DNA of 64,000 nt from Rhodospirillales bacterium (GTDB lineage: Bacteria; Pseudomonadota; Alphaproteobacteria; Bin95), in assembly GCA_038143065.1 (NCBI GenBank), contig JAYQLI010000035.1, positions 1,280,894-1,344,893 on the forward strand, in the 5' to 3' direction. Numbering within the stretch: position 1 is the stretch's first letter; the number at the start of each line of letters is the position of its first letter. This document shows positions 21,088 through 30,374 of the stretch, piece after piece. The translations under genes and the position numbers were made by a program. The notes beneath the pieces are model-generated. The model was not told where the DNA came from and made no database searches. It was given only the letters and a program-made list of their open reading frames with translations.

Positions 21088-21849
21088 ATGCGTCTTCAAA
21101 ATAAAATTGCCCTGATAACTGGTGGAGCTTCTGGATTTGGGGAAGCTATTGCCAAGCAATACGCAGCAGAAGGTGCTGCGGTAATGGTGACTGACCTCGA
21201 TCCCGTTGGCGCACGGCGCGTTGCAACTGAGATCAACTCATCAGGAGGGCGCGCCGAGAGTCATCAAGCAGACGTTACAAAAGCTGCTGATGTAGAGGCC
21301 ATGACTGAAGCTACGATTAAGGCGTTTGGTGGATTGGATATCCTCGTAAACAATGCCGGAGTACCGCAACGGATTGGTCGATTTGAAACCGTATTGGAAG
21401 ACGCAATAGATCGTATCTTTGACGTTAATGTAAAAAGCTGGCTTAAAACTACCCGAGCTGCATTACCACACCTAGAGGCACGTGGCGGCGGATCAATTGT
21501 AAATACAGCATCAATTGCGGGGCTTAGACCTAGACCTGGTGCAGCTTGGTACAACGCATCTAAAGCAGCGGCATGCAGCCTTACTATTTCTATGGCTTCG
21601 GAACTTGGCGAAAAAAATATTCGTGTAAATGCTCTATGCCCAGTGGCTGCTGAAACTCCTTTATTTGAAGAGGTAGTAGGCGGTCAAATCACTGATGAAG
21701 ACCGGCAAAGATTTATTTCAGGTATTCCCTTAGGGCGGCTTGCAACCCCAGCAGATGTTGCCGGAGCTGCTGTTTATCTCGCTTCAGATGATGCTCAATT
21801 CTTAACGGGAGTCCTCCTACCGATAGATGGTGGACGAACGACGCTTTAA
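21088..21849 (+). CDS. SDR family oxidoreductase
   Basis: TGGASGFG, VNNAG and WYNASK motifs. Confidence 0.9.
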   Translation: MRLQNKIALITGGASGFGEAIAKQYAAEGAAVMVTDLDPVGARRVATEINSSGGRAESHQADVTKAADVEAMTEATIKAFGGLDILVNNAGVPQRIGRFETVLEDAIDRIFDVNVKSWLKTTRAALPHLEARGGGSIVNTASIAGLRPRPGAAWYNASKAAACSLTISMASELGEKNIRVNALCPVAAETPLFEEVVGGQITDEDRQRFISGIPLGRLATPADVAGAAVYLASDDAQFLTGVLLPIDGGRTTL

Positions 21850-21871
21850 TATTTCATGGAGAAAGCTTCAA

Positions 21872-22789
21872 ATGAGTGAAGTATCGGCTTTTATCGGTAT
21901 TGGTCGTATGGGCGCCCCAATGGCGCGAAATCTAGCTAGAAACGCCAATACTCTTGGAAGAAGAGTGCGGGTCTACGATAAGTCAGCATCAGCGATAGCT
22001 GCCTGCAAAGATGCTGGTGCAGATGCAGCGGGGTCACTTAGTGAAGCAGTTGATGGTGCAAATGTAATTTTTTCAATGGTACCAGCCGGCCCAGACGTGC
22101 GTTCATTATACATGGACGAAGGTGGTATCTTTGACACCGCCGCCAAGGGAGCACTCCTTATTGATTGCTCAACCATCGACGTTGCAACGGCTCAAGAAGT
22201 AGCACAAGCAGCACGTGAAAGGGGCTTTCGTATGCTTGATGCTCCAGTCTCAGGCGGGGTTGCTGGAGCTGAAGCCGCAACCATAACTTTTATGGTTGGG
22301 GGTGAAGCGAGTGATTTGGAAGAAGTTCGACCGCAACTAGAAAAGATGGGGGCTAAAATTGTCCATTGTGGCCCTTCTGGCATGGGAGAGGCCGCAAAGA
22401 TCTGTAATAACATGATAACAGGCATTTCAGCAGTTGCTGTTGCCGAAAGTTATGCAATTGGGCAACGCCTCGGTCTTGATCCAAAAATTTTGTATGATGT
22501 AGTTTCTACCAGCTCAGGACAAACCAACATTGGCACACGCAATCCCCCAATTGCGGGAATTGTTGAGACAGCTTCAGCTAACCGTGATTTTGAGCCCGGC
22601 TTCACCATCGCATTAATGTTGAAAGATCTTAGACTTTCCCAAGCTGCAGCAAAGCAGGTTGACCAAGCAAGCCCTGTCGGTGCGGCAGCAGCTGAAATTT
22701 TTGCCCTCGCGGCCAATGCTGGTCTTGCACATCTTGATACAGCGGGCGTCTTCAGACTAATCGCAGGCAACCAGCCGCCTCCAAAATGA
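21872..22789 (+). CDS. mmsB: 3-hydroxyisobutyrate dehydrogenase family protein
   Basis: FIGIGRMGAPMA, DAPVSGGV, KICNN and LMLKDL motifs. Confidence 0.8.
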   Translation: MSEVSAFIGIGRMGAPMARNLARNANTLGRRVRVYDKSASAIAACKDAGADAAGSLSEAVDGANVIFSMVPAGPDVRSLYMDEGGIFDTAAKGALLIDCSTIDVATAQEVAQAARERGFRMLDAPVSGGVAGAEAATITFMVGGEASDLEEVRPQLEKMGAKIVHCGPSGMGEAAKICNNMITGISAVAVAESYAIGQRLGLDPKILYDVVSTSSGQTNIGTRNPPIAGIVETASANRDFEPGFTIALMLKDLRLSQAAAKQVDQASPVGAAAAEIFALAANAGLAHLDTAGVFRLIAGNQPPPK

Positions 22790-22832
22790 CGCCTATGTGC
22801 TACATTTGCTAATACCTTTTTCAGAAAAGCTT

Positions 22833-23170
22833 TTAGGCCTGAATGCTGACAACTACTGCTGCACTAGCAATTACAGCAACGTCATCTCCAGAGTCGTCGT
22901 AGATATCAAGCCCCCCTTTTCGGCAGACACTTTTACTTGTCCAATTGGAAAACGTGCCTCCACAGCAGCAAGATCAACTTCCTCAGGCTTTTGCACCCCG
23001 ACCATAACTTCAACTATTAGCTTTGACGTATCAACATCTAACGTTCGGACGAAAGTCATAGAGCTATGATGGAGAGCGTCGTCACAGGCCCGAATTGCAG
23101 CTTTTGTGTAATCACCTCCATGCAAGTCATTACCTGCGCCCATCTCTACAATAATGCGCTTTTTTGACAT
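22833..23170 (-). CDS. Lin0512 family protein, copy 2 (frameshift near 22908)
   Basis: IVEMGAGNDLHGGDYTKAAIRA signature; corrected C-terminus ...VIASAAVVVSIQA*. Confidence 0.8.
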
Positions 23171-23183
23171 GCTATTTCCTTTA

Positions 23184-23521
23184 TCAGACATCTAGGTAGA
23201 CAGCTGCTGCTGCGAGAGCAAGCAGAGAAACATCAGAAGAATTAGGTTTAGGGATAGCTAAGCCACCATCAACACACTTCACCTCACCAGTACCGTGCGG
23301 CAATACTTCAAGAACCTTGGCTTTATCTACACTTTCTGGATTTGGAACTGCGATAGTTACCTGCACTCGCATGGCATCCACATCCTGATCCACCAAATTC
23401 CCAATAGTTAATGAATTATGCCATAGCGCATCCCTCAAAGCACGAACGGCTGCCTTGGTGCTATCCCTCCTCGAATGTCGGTGCCCATACCAATTTCTAG
23501 GATCATACGTTTCCAGGCCAT
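23184..23521 (-). CDS. Lin0512 family protein, copy 1 (frameshift near 23466)
   Basis: Corrected N-terminus MAWKRMILEIGMGTDIRGG-DSTKAAVRAL; GAGGAG RBS. Confidence 0.8.
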
Positions 23522-23535
23522 CAGACACTATCTCC

Positions 23536-24434
23536 TCAAATATTTGGCATCACTTCAGATGAAATTCGATCGAGTATATCCTCGTGGAACGATCGCTCGC
23601 GGCTAGCAATGCTAACAACTACTTCGTGACAGCCCGCGTCAGCAAACGCTCTAAGAGTTTCAATAATGTCTTCGGTCGGTCCTGAAATTAATTTCCTGTC
23701 GTCTGGTTTACGATCCTGAGTTGAGGAGTCAAAACGGATGCCAGCATTTAAGGATATGTAAAGACCGTCTGGATCTCGGCCTTCTCCCTGCATTAACTGC
23801 GCTAAAATGGGTAGCTTTTCTCTAATATCGTTAGGAGACTGACGAAGAGTATGCCATCCATCTCCAAACCGAGCCGTACGTCGAAGTGCCGCCATGCTAG
23901 ACCCACCCACATGAATAGGAGGATAGGGTTTTTGCTGAGGTTTAGGTGAAAATTTCAAACCAGAATAGCGATAGAATTCTCCAGAATACTCTGGGATTTC
24001 TTGAGTCCAAAGTGCCTGAAGAGCTGAGAGGATTTCGTTTGCTCGCTTACCACGAGTTTTGAAATCAACACCAAGATTGACGTACTCATCCTCAGTTGTA
24101 GCGACGCCGACTCCAAGATCGACACGCCCATTAGAAAGTTTGTCGAGGGTCGCAACCGTTTTTCCCAAACGAGGGGGTCATGCCAGGGTAAAACAATTAC
24201 CGTGGTACCAAGCCGAACAGTTTTCGTTCGCATTGCCACAGCGCTTAAGATGGACAGCGGCTCATAATAAGGCCGATTATCCAAGCGGTCGGCAATATAA
24301 CTAGAGTGAAAAAGATGCTCACTCGTCCAGACGCTATTTAAGCCAACTGCCTCTGCTTTTTCAGCAAGGCTAACGATATCTAATGGATCTTCAAAACCTT
24401 GATTAGAGGGAAGACTGTAGCCGAGTTTCATCAC
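23536..24434 (-). CDS. LLM-class probable F420-dependent oxidoreductase (frameshift near 24175)
   Basis: SVWTSEH, LGTTVIVLPWH, TLDKLSNGRV, PKPQQKPYPPIHVGG and FGDGWH motifs. Confidence 0.85.
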
Positions 24435-25324
24435 AGGCTCACTGGGGCCGACGCGTAAACTGCATCTTGGTGTCCTGGAGCATAAACGCGATTGGAAATG
24501 TTAGGGTTCCGGTTTGTGTGCTCACGAGCGTAGAGGGGATGACGCATGCTCCTAACCTCGTGCTCTAAACGAACCAAAGGCTTCTTGCTTTTAAGGTCAA
24601 CAATATCAAGGAAGCGATATTGGTGCTGGTCACTCTCCTCGGTAATCAAGCCAAGCTTGAGTAGTTTTTCATATGGCCTGGAAAAATTTGCCAAATAGAT
24701 AGCAACATGATGCCCATCGTAATCAGCAAGTTTCTTCGATGTTTCTTTGAAAATAATTTTTTGACCTGGCCCAACCGAACCGGTAGCTGAGGTTTTACCT
24801 GCACTGGCCGGCGTATCAAGAATTTCTTCGTAAAACCTGGCGATGCCAGAAGAAGATCCTTTTGGAGCGTTCACCTCCATGTAAGGCATTCCTAGCATCA
24901 TGCCTGGGAATTTAGGCCCTGGCTCATGCACTTTGAAGCGATTACCCCAAGGGCACACAACTTCAACGTGATCCTTCTTCTCTGCAAACATAAACGACGT
25001 CTGCGCAAGGTCGTCCTTAACCATTTCAAGCCGTTCCAGCAAAGCTTCTCTGCCAGGAATAACAAGACCAGTTAGTCCCCTCAAAACCTGAGCCGGTCCA
25101 GTGGGGAGATGGAACTGACTTTTGCCGCAGTTGATCCACATGTTGTTAATGCCTGTTACAAGATAGGGATCCCGCGTTAATCCAAGGCCCATTACGTAGA
25201 AAATAGTCGAAAGACGTTGGTCGGGCGCCTTTACATTGAGGTGCTCTAAAAAGACAATATTTCCTAGGTCCTCAACTGTTCGATCATATTTGGTTTTCTT
25301 TGCCATGCGCCTATCCTTTTTCAT
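24431..25324 (-). CDS. Uncharacterised two-module VOC/glyoxalase-like protein
   Basis: LEHLNV..FY...LGL and ARFYEEIL modules, CPWGNRF, GHHVAIY, EHEVRS. Confidence 0.6.
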   Translation of the reverse strand: MKKDRRMAKKTKYDRTVEDLGNIVFLEHLNVKAPDQRLSTIFYVMGLGLTRDPYLVTGINNMWINCGKSQFHLPTGPAQVLRGLTGLVIPGREALLERLEMVKDDLAQTSFMFAEKKDHVEVVCPWGNRFKVHEPGPKFPGMMLGMPYMEVNAPKGSSSGIARFYEEILDTPASAGKTSATGSVGPGQKIIFKETSKKLADYDGHHVAIYLANFSRPYEKLLKLGLITEESDQHQYRFLDIVDLKSKKPLVRLEHEVRSMRHPLYAREHTNRNPNISNRVYAPGHQDAVYASAPVSL

Positions 25325-25437
25325 TTAGAATGGATTTTCCTAATGTTAGGTTGAATTGCCTAGATCTGCGAGAGTGAAAATTATCTACCAAGGGCTCAGT
25401 CGAAGTATTTCCATCTAAAAAGAATTGCAGCCGACCA

Positions 25438-26271
25438 TTAAAAAAATACCAGCTTATTTATTCCTTTGCGCATGGATAATAGTGGCAACAAATTTTTTGT
25501 TGTCATTCCAACAGTGCAACCAAACGCTGATGCAAGATCATTAACAACAGAGATTATACCGGTGTCCCAAGATGAACGAGCATCCCCGATCCTAGCGCTT
25601 GTTGCCATAACAGCACCGGCAGCAACACCCATAGAAGAAGCAGCGTAAATGCGCGCAACACCTGCTTTTTCTTTTCCAATACCGGCATCGTTAAGAACAA
25701 TACCGAGTACAGGTGCCTTTAAAATATAGCCAGGATTATTAGCAAGTAGTCCACCATGGCTTGCACAAACAACTATTTGCCCTGCATCCTCGTCTTTTAT
25801 TAAGGAAGCAGAATCACAGCCAATAACCATGGGCTCGTCAGTTTTTTGCGAAATAACAAACCGGCTTTCCGGTAACTCTGGCAACTCACTGCTCCACATA
25901 TCTGCTGTCAGCATCCGTGCCGCCGCCGCACCACACCCGAGTCCGACCGATACACCAGCTTTTGCCGCCGCTTTATTAATGAAGGAAATATAACCAGTAG
26001 ACATCATATCCTTACCATCACCAATGCGCGCCGACATACAGTCTACTGTGGCCGCCGGCATTCCAATTGCGTCTGCCCAATCCAGACCGCCAAAACCGGC
26101 TGCCTCCAAACCTCCACCTGCATCATTGAGGATAACGCCACGAGCTTTGCCTTTGGCCGCCAGATACGCTGCGTATACACCACCATGGGACGCTGCAACG
26201 AGGACTTTCCCCGCATCTTCTGACGCCAGCTTAGTGACACTATCCATAACGAGAATACGGTCTTCTGCCAT
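25438..26271 (-). CDS. Hypothetical protein with an internal tandem domain duplication
   Basis: DS...EDAG.V.V.ASHGG...I.LNDAG.G...SARIGD occurs twice. Confidence 0.75.
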   Translation of the reverse strand: MAEDRILVMDSVTKLASEDAGKVLVAASHGGVYAAYLAAKGKARGVILNDAGGGLEAAGFGGLDWADAIGMPAATVDCMSARIGDGKDMMSTGYISFINKAAAKAGVSVGLGCGAAAARMLTADMWSSELPELPESRFVISQKTDEPMVIGCDSASLIKDEDAGQIVVCASHGGLLANNPGYILKAPVLGIVLNDAGIGKEKAGVARIYAASSMGVAAGAVMATSARIGDARSSWDTGIISVVNDLASAFGCTVGMTTKNLLPLLSMRKGINKLVFF

Positions 26272-26278
26272 GAAAACA

Positions 26279-27988
26279 TTACTCTTTCATCATAGCATCA
26301 GATATCTTCTCCGCCGTCATCAGAGTTGGACCATTGGTGTTAGCGGAGGGCACAAATGGAAATAAGGACGCGTCGACTACGCGGAGTCCTCTGACACCAC
26401 GAACTCTTCCTTCATTGTCTGTTACTGCCATCGGATCATCATCGGCGCCCATTCGGCACGAACAGGTTGCATGCCAGGTGCCGGTGGCATTTGCTAACAC
26501 AAACTGATCCAAAGCATCGGAGTCTGTTAGCAAGGTCTCAAGTGTCACTCCGCCAGTTATGACCTTTTCAATCAGTAATTTGCGTACAGGCGCAGGTCCA
26601 TCCATCAACTTGCCAAGAAACCAAGTAATAGCCTTGTTGCGGCCATTAACTTTCGCAATCTTTCTAACCTGCTCGGTGTAAGCCGTCGGGAATGCGTTGG
26701 TAGCAACCTGGCTAACCGCCTCAGAGAGTAAGATCGCTGCGGATCTTTTAAAACCATCTGTAAGTCGGTCAAGATCACGCCGGTCACTACAAAGCCCAAA
26801 GTCGACTGAAGGTTCATCTCGCCAATTAGGCGATGTAAGCTTGATTTCACCGGTCGAATAAGTCCGGTTAACCCAAACAAGAAGAGACCCCATATGCTTA
26901 CCAACATCGTGCCAGGCAGATTTAGTCACCTGAGCTGCAAACATGTCACCATTAGGAGCATCGTGCATATTCGAAGAGAAACGCCAACCAATATGCATGT
27001 GGCGCACATCATCGCGCTTAATACGATTTTCAGCTGATAGATAACCTGAAACGCTCACAGAGGGATGGTCTTGTAAATTTTGACCGACTCCCGGAAGCGA
27101 TTGGCGGACATCAATACCAAGGTCCTTAAGATGACCCGCAGGCCCTATACCAGCACGCATCAAATGGGCGGGCGAATGCAGCGCTCCAGAACAAATGATG
27201 ACTTCCCTGAGAGCTGTGTGCGTTTCCTCTACAACTTTATGGCGAAAAGCTTTAACTCCGGTTGCTTTCAAACCTTCAAAAGTAATGGAAGCAACCCGTG
27301 TGTCCGCCAAAATCTTAAGATTAGTCCTACGACGAGTTGGAGGATCTAAATAACCTATTGCAGCTGAAACTCGACGATCGAATGCGTTCGAGATTGTAAG
27401 TGGGAAGAAACCATCCCGAAACTCACCATTCTGATCCTCGATGTATTCATAACCTTCGGCCTGTAGGGCTTTTTGGACTGCATGCGTATAACCCGTCCAT
27501 TGCTCCTCAAATAGACGGCGAACTGGGATTTTGCCCTCCGCACCATGATAAAAATCATCCGGAAAATCGAGATCTCGTTCGAATTTTCGGAAAAAGGGCA
27601 GGCAGTCATCCCATCCCCAACCCTTAACGCCTAGGTCCCGCCAACCATCGTAGTCAGTAGGAGCACCACGATTAAGAAGTTGTCCATTTATTGAAGACCC
27701 GCCACCCATTATGCGGGCTTGCTCATAAGAACGCTTGGGCGGACTAAAGGTAGGATCATTATGTTTTAATGGTTGAGTGGTCACCTTAAGCTCAGTCCAA
27801 TGAAACCTGGGATCAAAGTAGGCAACGCCAGGATAACTAGAGTGCACCTCAGGAGGGATACTACCGTGCGGCGTGTCTGGCCCAGCCTCAATAACTAAGA
27901 CCCGATTTGAAGGATTAGCAGATAAACGGTTTGCCATAACGGACCCTGCAGACCCGCCTCCTACAATGATGTAATCCCACTCTGCCAC
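26279..27988 (-). CDS. GMC family FAD oxidoreductase
   Basis: GGGSAG, GGGSSING, GQNLQDH, WHATCSCRMG, LRVVDAS and SANTN motifs. Confidence 0.92.
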   Translation of the reverse strand: MAEWDYIIVGGGSAGSVMANRLSANPSNRVLVIEAGPDTPHGSIPPEVHSSYPGVAYFDPRFHWTELKVTTQPLKHNDPTFSPPKRSYEQARIMGGGSSINGQLLNRGAPTDYDGWRDLGVKGWGWDDCLPFFRKFERDLDFPDDFYHGAEGKIPVRRLFEEQWTGYTHAVQKALQAEGYEYIEDQNGEFRDGFFPLTISNAFDRRVSAAIGYLDPPTRRRTNLKILADTRVASITFEGLKATGVKAFRHKVVEETHTALREVIICSGALHSPAHLMRAGIGPAGHLKDLGIDVRQSLPGVGQNLQDHPSVSVSGYLSAENRIKRDDVRHMHIGWRFSSNMHDAPNGDMFAAQVTKSAWHDVGKHMGSLLVWVNRTYSTGEIKLTSPNWRDEPSVDFGLCSDRRDLDRLTDGFKRSAAILLSEAVSQVATNAFPTAYTEQVRKIAKVNGRNKAITWFLGKLMDGPAPVRKLLIEKVITGGVTLETLLTDSDALDQFVLANATGTWHATCSCRMGADDDPMAVTDNEGRVRGVRGLRVVDASLFPFVPSANTNGPTLMTAEKISDAMMKE

Positions 27989-27994
27989 GACAAA

Positions 27995-28399
27995 TTAACC
28001 CTTTTTTGTTGGACGGGCTTCAGTTGGCCCACCCGCTTGTTTCCAGGCACCATAGCCTCCCACCACGTGCGCAACTGGTCCAAAACCCATGTCTTGCAAA
28101 CGTTTTGTAGCCAGTGCCGAACGCAGCCCACCTGCACAGAAAAGAACATACTTCTTATCCTGGCCAAAAACTTCTCTGTAGTATGGACTGTCAGGATCCA
28201 CCCAAAACTCAAGCATATCCCTGGGTGCGTGCAATGCACCGGGAACCTGTCCATCACGTTCAAGTTCACGGACATCACGAATGTCAACAAGTTGTACATT
28301 CGGATCATTTGCCAATTCCAGAGCGGACTCTATCGCAATATTTTCAATCTCTTTTTCCGCTTCAGCGCAGAGATCTTTAACTCCTTTGGTGATCTTCAT
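27995..28399 (-). CDS. Single-domain rhodanese
   Basis: VDIRDVRE, HAPR, active-site loop FCAGGLRS, GGYGAW. Confidence 0.9.
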   Translation of the reverse strand: MKITKGVKDLCAEAEKEIENIAIESALELANDPNVQLVDIRDVRELERDGQVPGALHAPRDMLEFWVDPDSPYYREVFGQDKKYVLFCAGGLRSALATKRLQDMGFGPVAHVVGGYGAWKQAGGPTEARPTKKG

Positions 28400-28405
28400 G
28401 GCTGA

Positions 28406-28828
28406 TTAGTCCTTTTTTGCTGATTTAGCTTCAATACTTTTTCCAGCCTCTTTCCAGGCTTTAAAACCGCCCTTGATGTGCGCCACGTTACTTGCCCCCA
28501 TATCCATCAAATCTTTTACGGCAATTGCGCTCCTCCAAGCACTCTGACAGTAAAACACATAAGTCTTGCTCTCATCTGCCATCCATTGTTTGTGGTACGG
28601 ACTATCTGGGGCTGCCCAAAACTCCAACATCCCGCGCGGAGCGTGTCGCGCTCCGGGGACCATTCCTTCTCTATCCAATTCTCTTATATCTCGAATATCG
28701 ACAATTACAGTGTTTGGGTCGTTGAGCCTGGCCTCGGCTTCATCCACACTCAAGACTGTTGCAACTGCATCAGCCTCCGCTAAAAGCGCTTTAAAACCGC
28801 GTTTCAACGCCATACTAAAAGCTCCCAT
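28406..28828 (-). CDS. Single-domain rhodanese (paralog)
   Basis: VDIRDIRE, HAPRGMLEFW, active-site loop YCQSAWRS, GGFKAW. Confidence 0.9.
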   Translation of the reverse strand: MGAFSMALKRGFKALLAEADAVATVLSVDEAEARLNDPNTVIVDIRDIRELDREGMVPGARHAPRGMLEFWAAPDSPYHKQWMADESKTYVFYCQSAWRSAIAVKDLMDMGASNVAHIKGGFKAWKEAGKSIEAKSAKKD

Positions 28829-29000
28829 TTAAATAGATCGTTCTAAAGATTAACTCCCCCTCTCCCTCAACGAAAGGTTTTAAAAATGGGTACAAGGGTG
28901 AGTAGTCAAATTTTTCCAATGCGAGGTTGAAGCATTGTATAAAAAAATGCTGTTATTCCAGTGGAAAAATTTTCGACATTTCAAAGAGGAGTCGTAACCG

Positions 29001-30374
29001 ATGTCAAAAATGCCAGCTACCGGAAATGATGACAGACAACTTACGGCCCCTATCGCGAGCTTTGCTGCAAACCTCAATCACAACGCCACACCATCAGAGG
29101 CAAGAAAAGCTGCTCGTCAGTGTTTACTAGATGTTCTTGGAGTGATGCTTGTTGGCGCCAACGAACCATTAGTCCAAATGCTTTCAGCGGAGGCAGAAGA
29201 AGCCGGAGGTAGTGAGCAAGCAACCGTCGTGGGCAAGGGTTTCAAAACCTCAGCTTCCCAAGCTGCTTTGGTTAATGGCGCGTGTGCGCATGCTCTAGAT
29301 TACGATGATGTACTGAAAGCAATGCTTGGCCACCCAACGGTTCCCGTTTGGCCTGCCCTTCTCGCAATCGCAGAGAGAGATGGTTATTCTGGGCGAGATA
29401 TCATCACGGCATTTATAGCTGGTTTAGAGGTCGAAGCCCGTATTGGAACACTCATGGCAACTGGCCATTATGCCAAAGGCTGGCATTCCACTGGTACGAT
29501 AGGAACGTTTGCCGCGGCCGCAGCAGTCGGCCGGCTTCTTAAGTTAGACGACGAGAAGATGACCCGTTGCTTTGGGATTGCTGGAACTCAGGCAGCAGGC
29601 CTCAAATCTATGTTTGGCACGATGTGTAAGCCACTTCACGCAGGGAAAGCAGCGCAGAACGGTGTACTTGCCGCAAGTCTGGCGAAACGTGGCTTCTCAG
29701 CAAAAGAAGATGTTCTTGATTGCTTTCAAGGCTTCGTAGATACGATGAGCGACGGTGGACTTGCTCCCGATGCCGCATTGGAAAATCTCGGGGAGCAGTT
29801 CCACGCACCGGACGTTCTATTTAAATATCACGCCGCTTGCTATGGAACTCATGGCCCAATTGAAGCTGCCTTAAAAGCAGCCGACCACCCTGCCTTTGAT
29901 GCAGACCTTAACGAAAAAGTAGACATTGTCGTCGCGCAACATTGTATCGGTATGTGTGATATTCCAGAGCCAACAACAGGACTCGAAGGCAAGTTTAGTT
30001 TAACTCACAACGTAGCTCTTGGCCTCCTGAAGCAAGCTGATGGCGCACTAGACCTGTATGATGATGCGAGGATGACGGATAAAGCACCGTCAGAGCTTCG
30101 TAAAAAAGTAAATGTAGCTTCGACCGATAAAATTGGTGCGTTTGAAGCAAATATCACCGTCCATCTTTCAAATGGTATTGTAATCCGAGAAACCCATGAT
30201 GCTGATGTGCCAGAACGTGATCTTGATCTGCAATGGGAAAAGCTGGGACGTAAATTCCGCACTCTCACCACTCCAATTCTTGGCGAAAGTAAGGTCGAAA
30301 AAATAATAGAACTAGTTCACAACTTAGACGACGCAGACAATATTTCGCCTCTTATGGAAGCGGTAAGGAACTAA
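29001..30374 (+). CDS. MmgE/PrpD family protein
   Basis: HALDYDD, GWHSTG, KPLHAG, FKYHAAC and EGKFS motifs. Confidence 0.9.
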   Translation: MSKMPATGNDDRQLTAPIASFAANLNHNATPSEARKAARQCLLDVLGVMLVGANEPLVQMLSAEAEEAGGSEQATVVGKGFKTSASQAALVNGACAHALDYDDVLKAMLGHPTVPVWPALLAIAERDGYSGRDIITAFIAGLEVEARIGTLMATGHYAKGWHSTGTIGTFAAAAAVGRLLKLDDEKMTRCFGIAGTQAAGLKSMFGTMCKPLHAGKAAQNGVLAASLAKRGFSAKEDVLDCFQGFVDTMSDGGLAPDAALENLGEQFHAPDVLFKYHAACYGTHGPIEAALKAADHPAFDADLNEKVDIVVAQHCIGMCDIPEPTTGLEGKFSLTHNVALGLLKQADGALDLYDDARMTDKAPSELRKKVNVASTDKIGAFEANITVHLSNGIVIRETHDADVPERDLDLQWEKLGRKFRTLTTPILGESKVEKIIELVHNLDDADNISPLMEAVRN

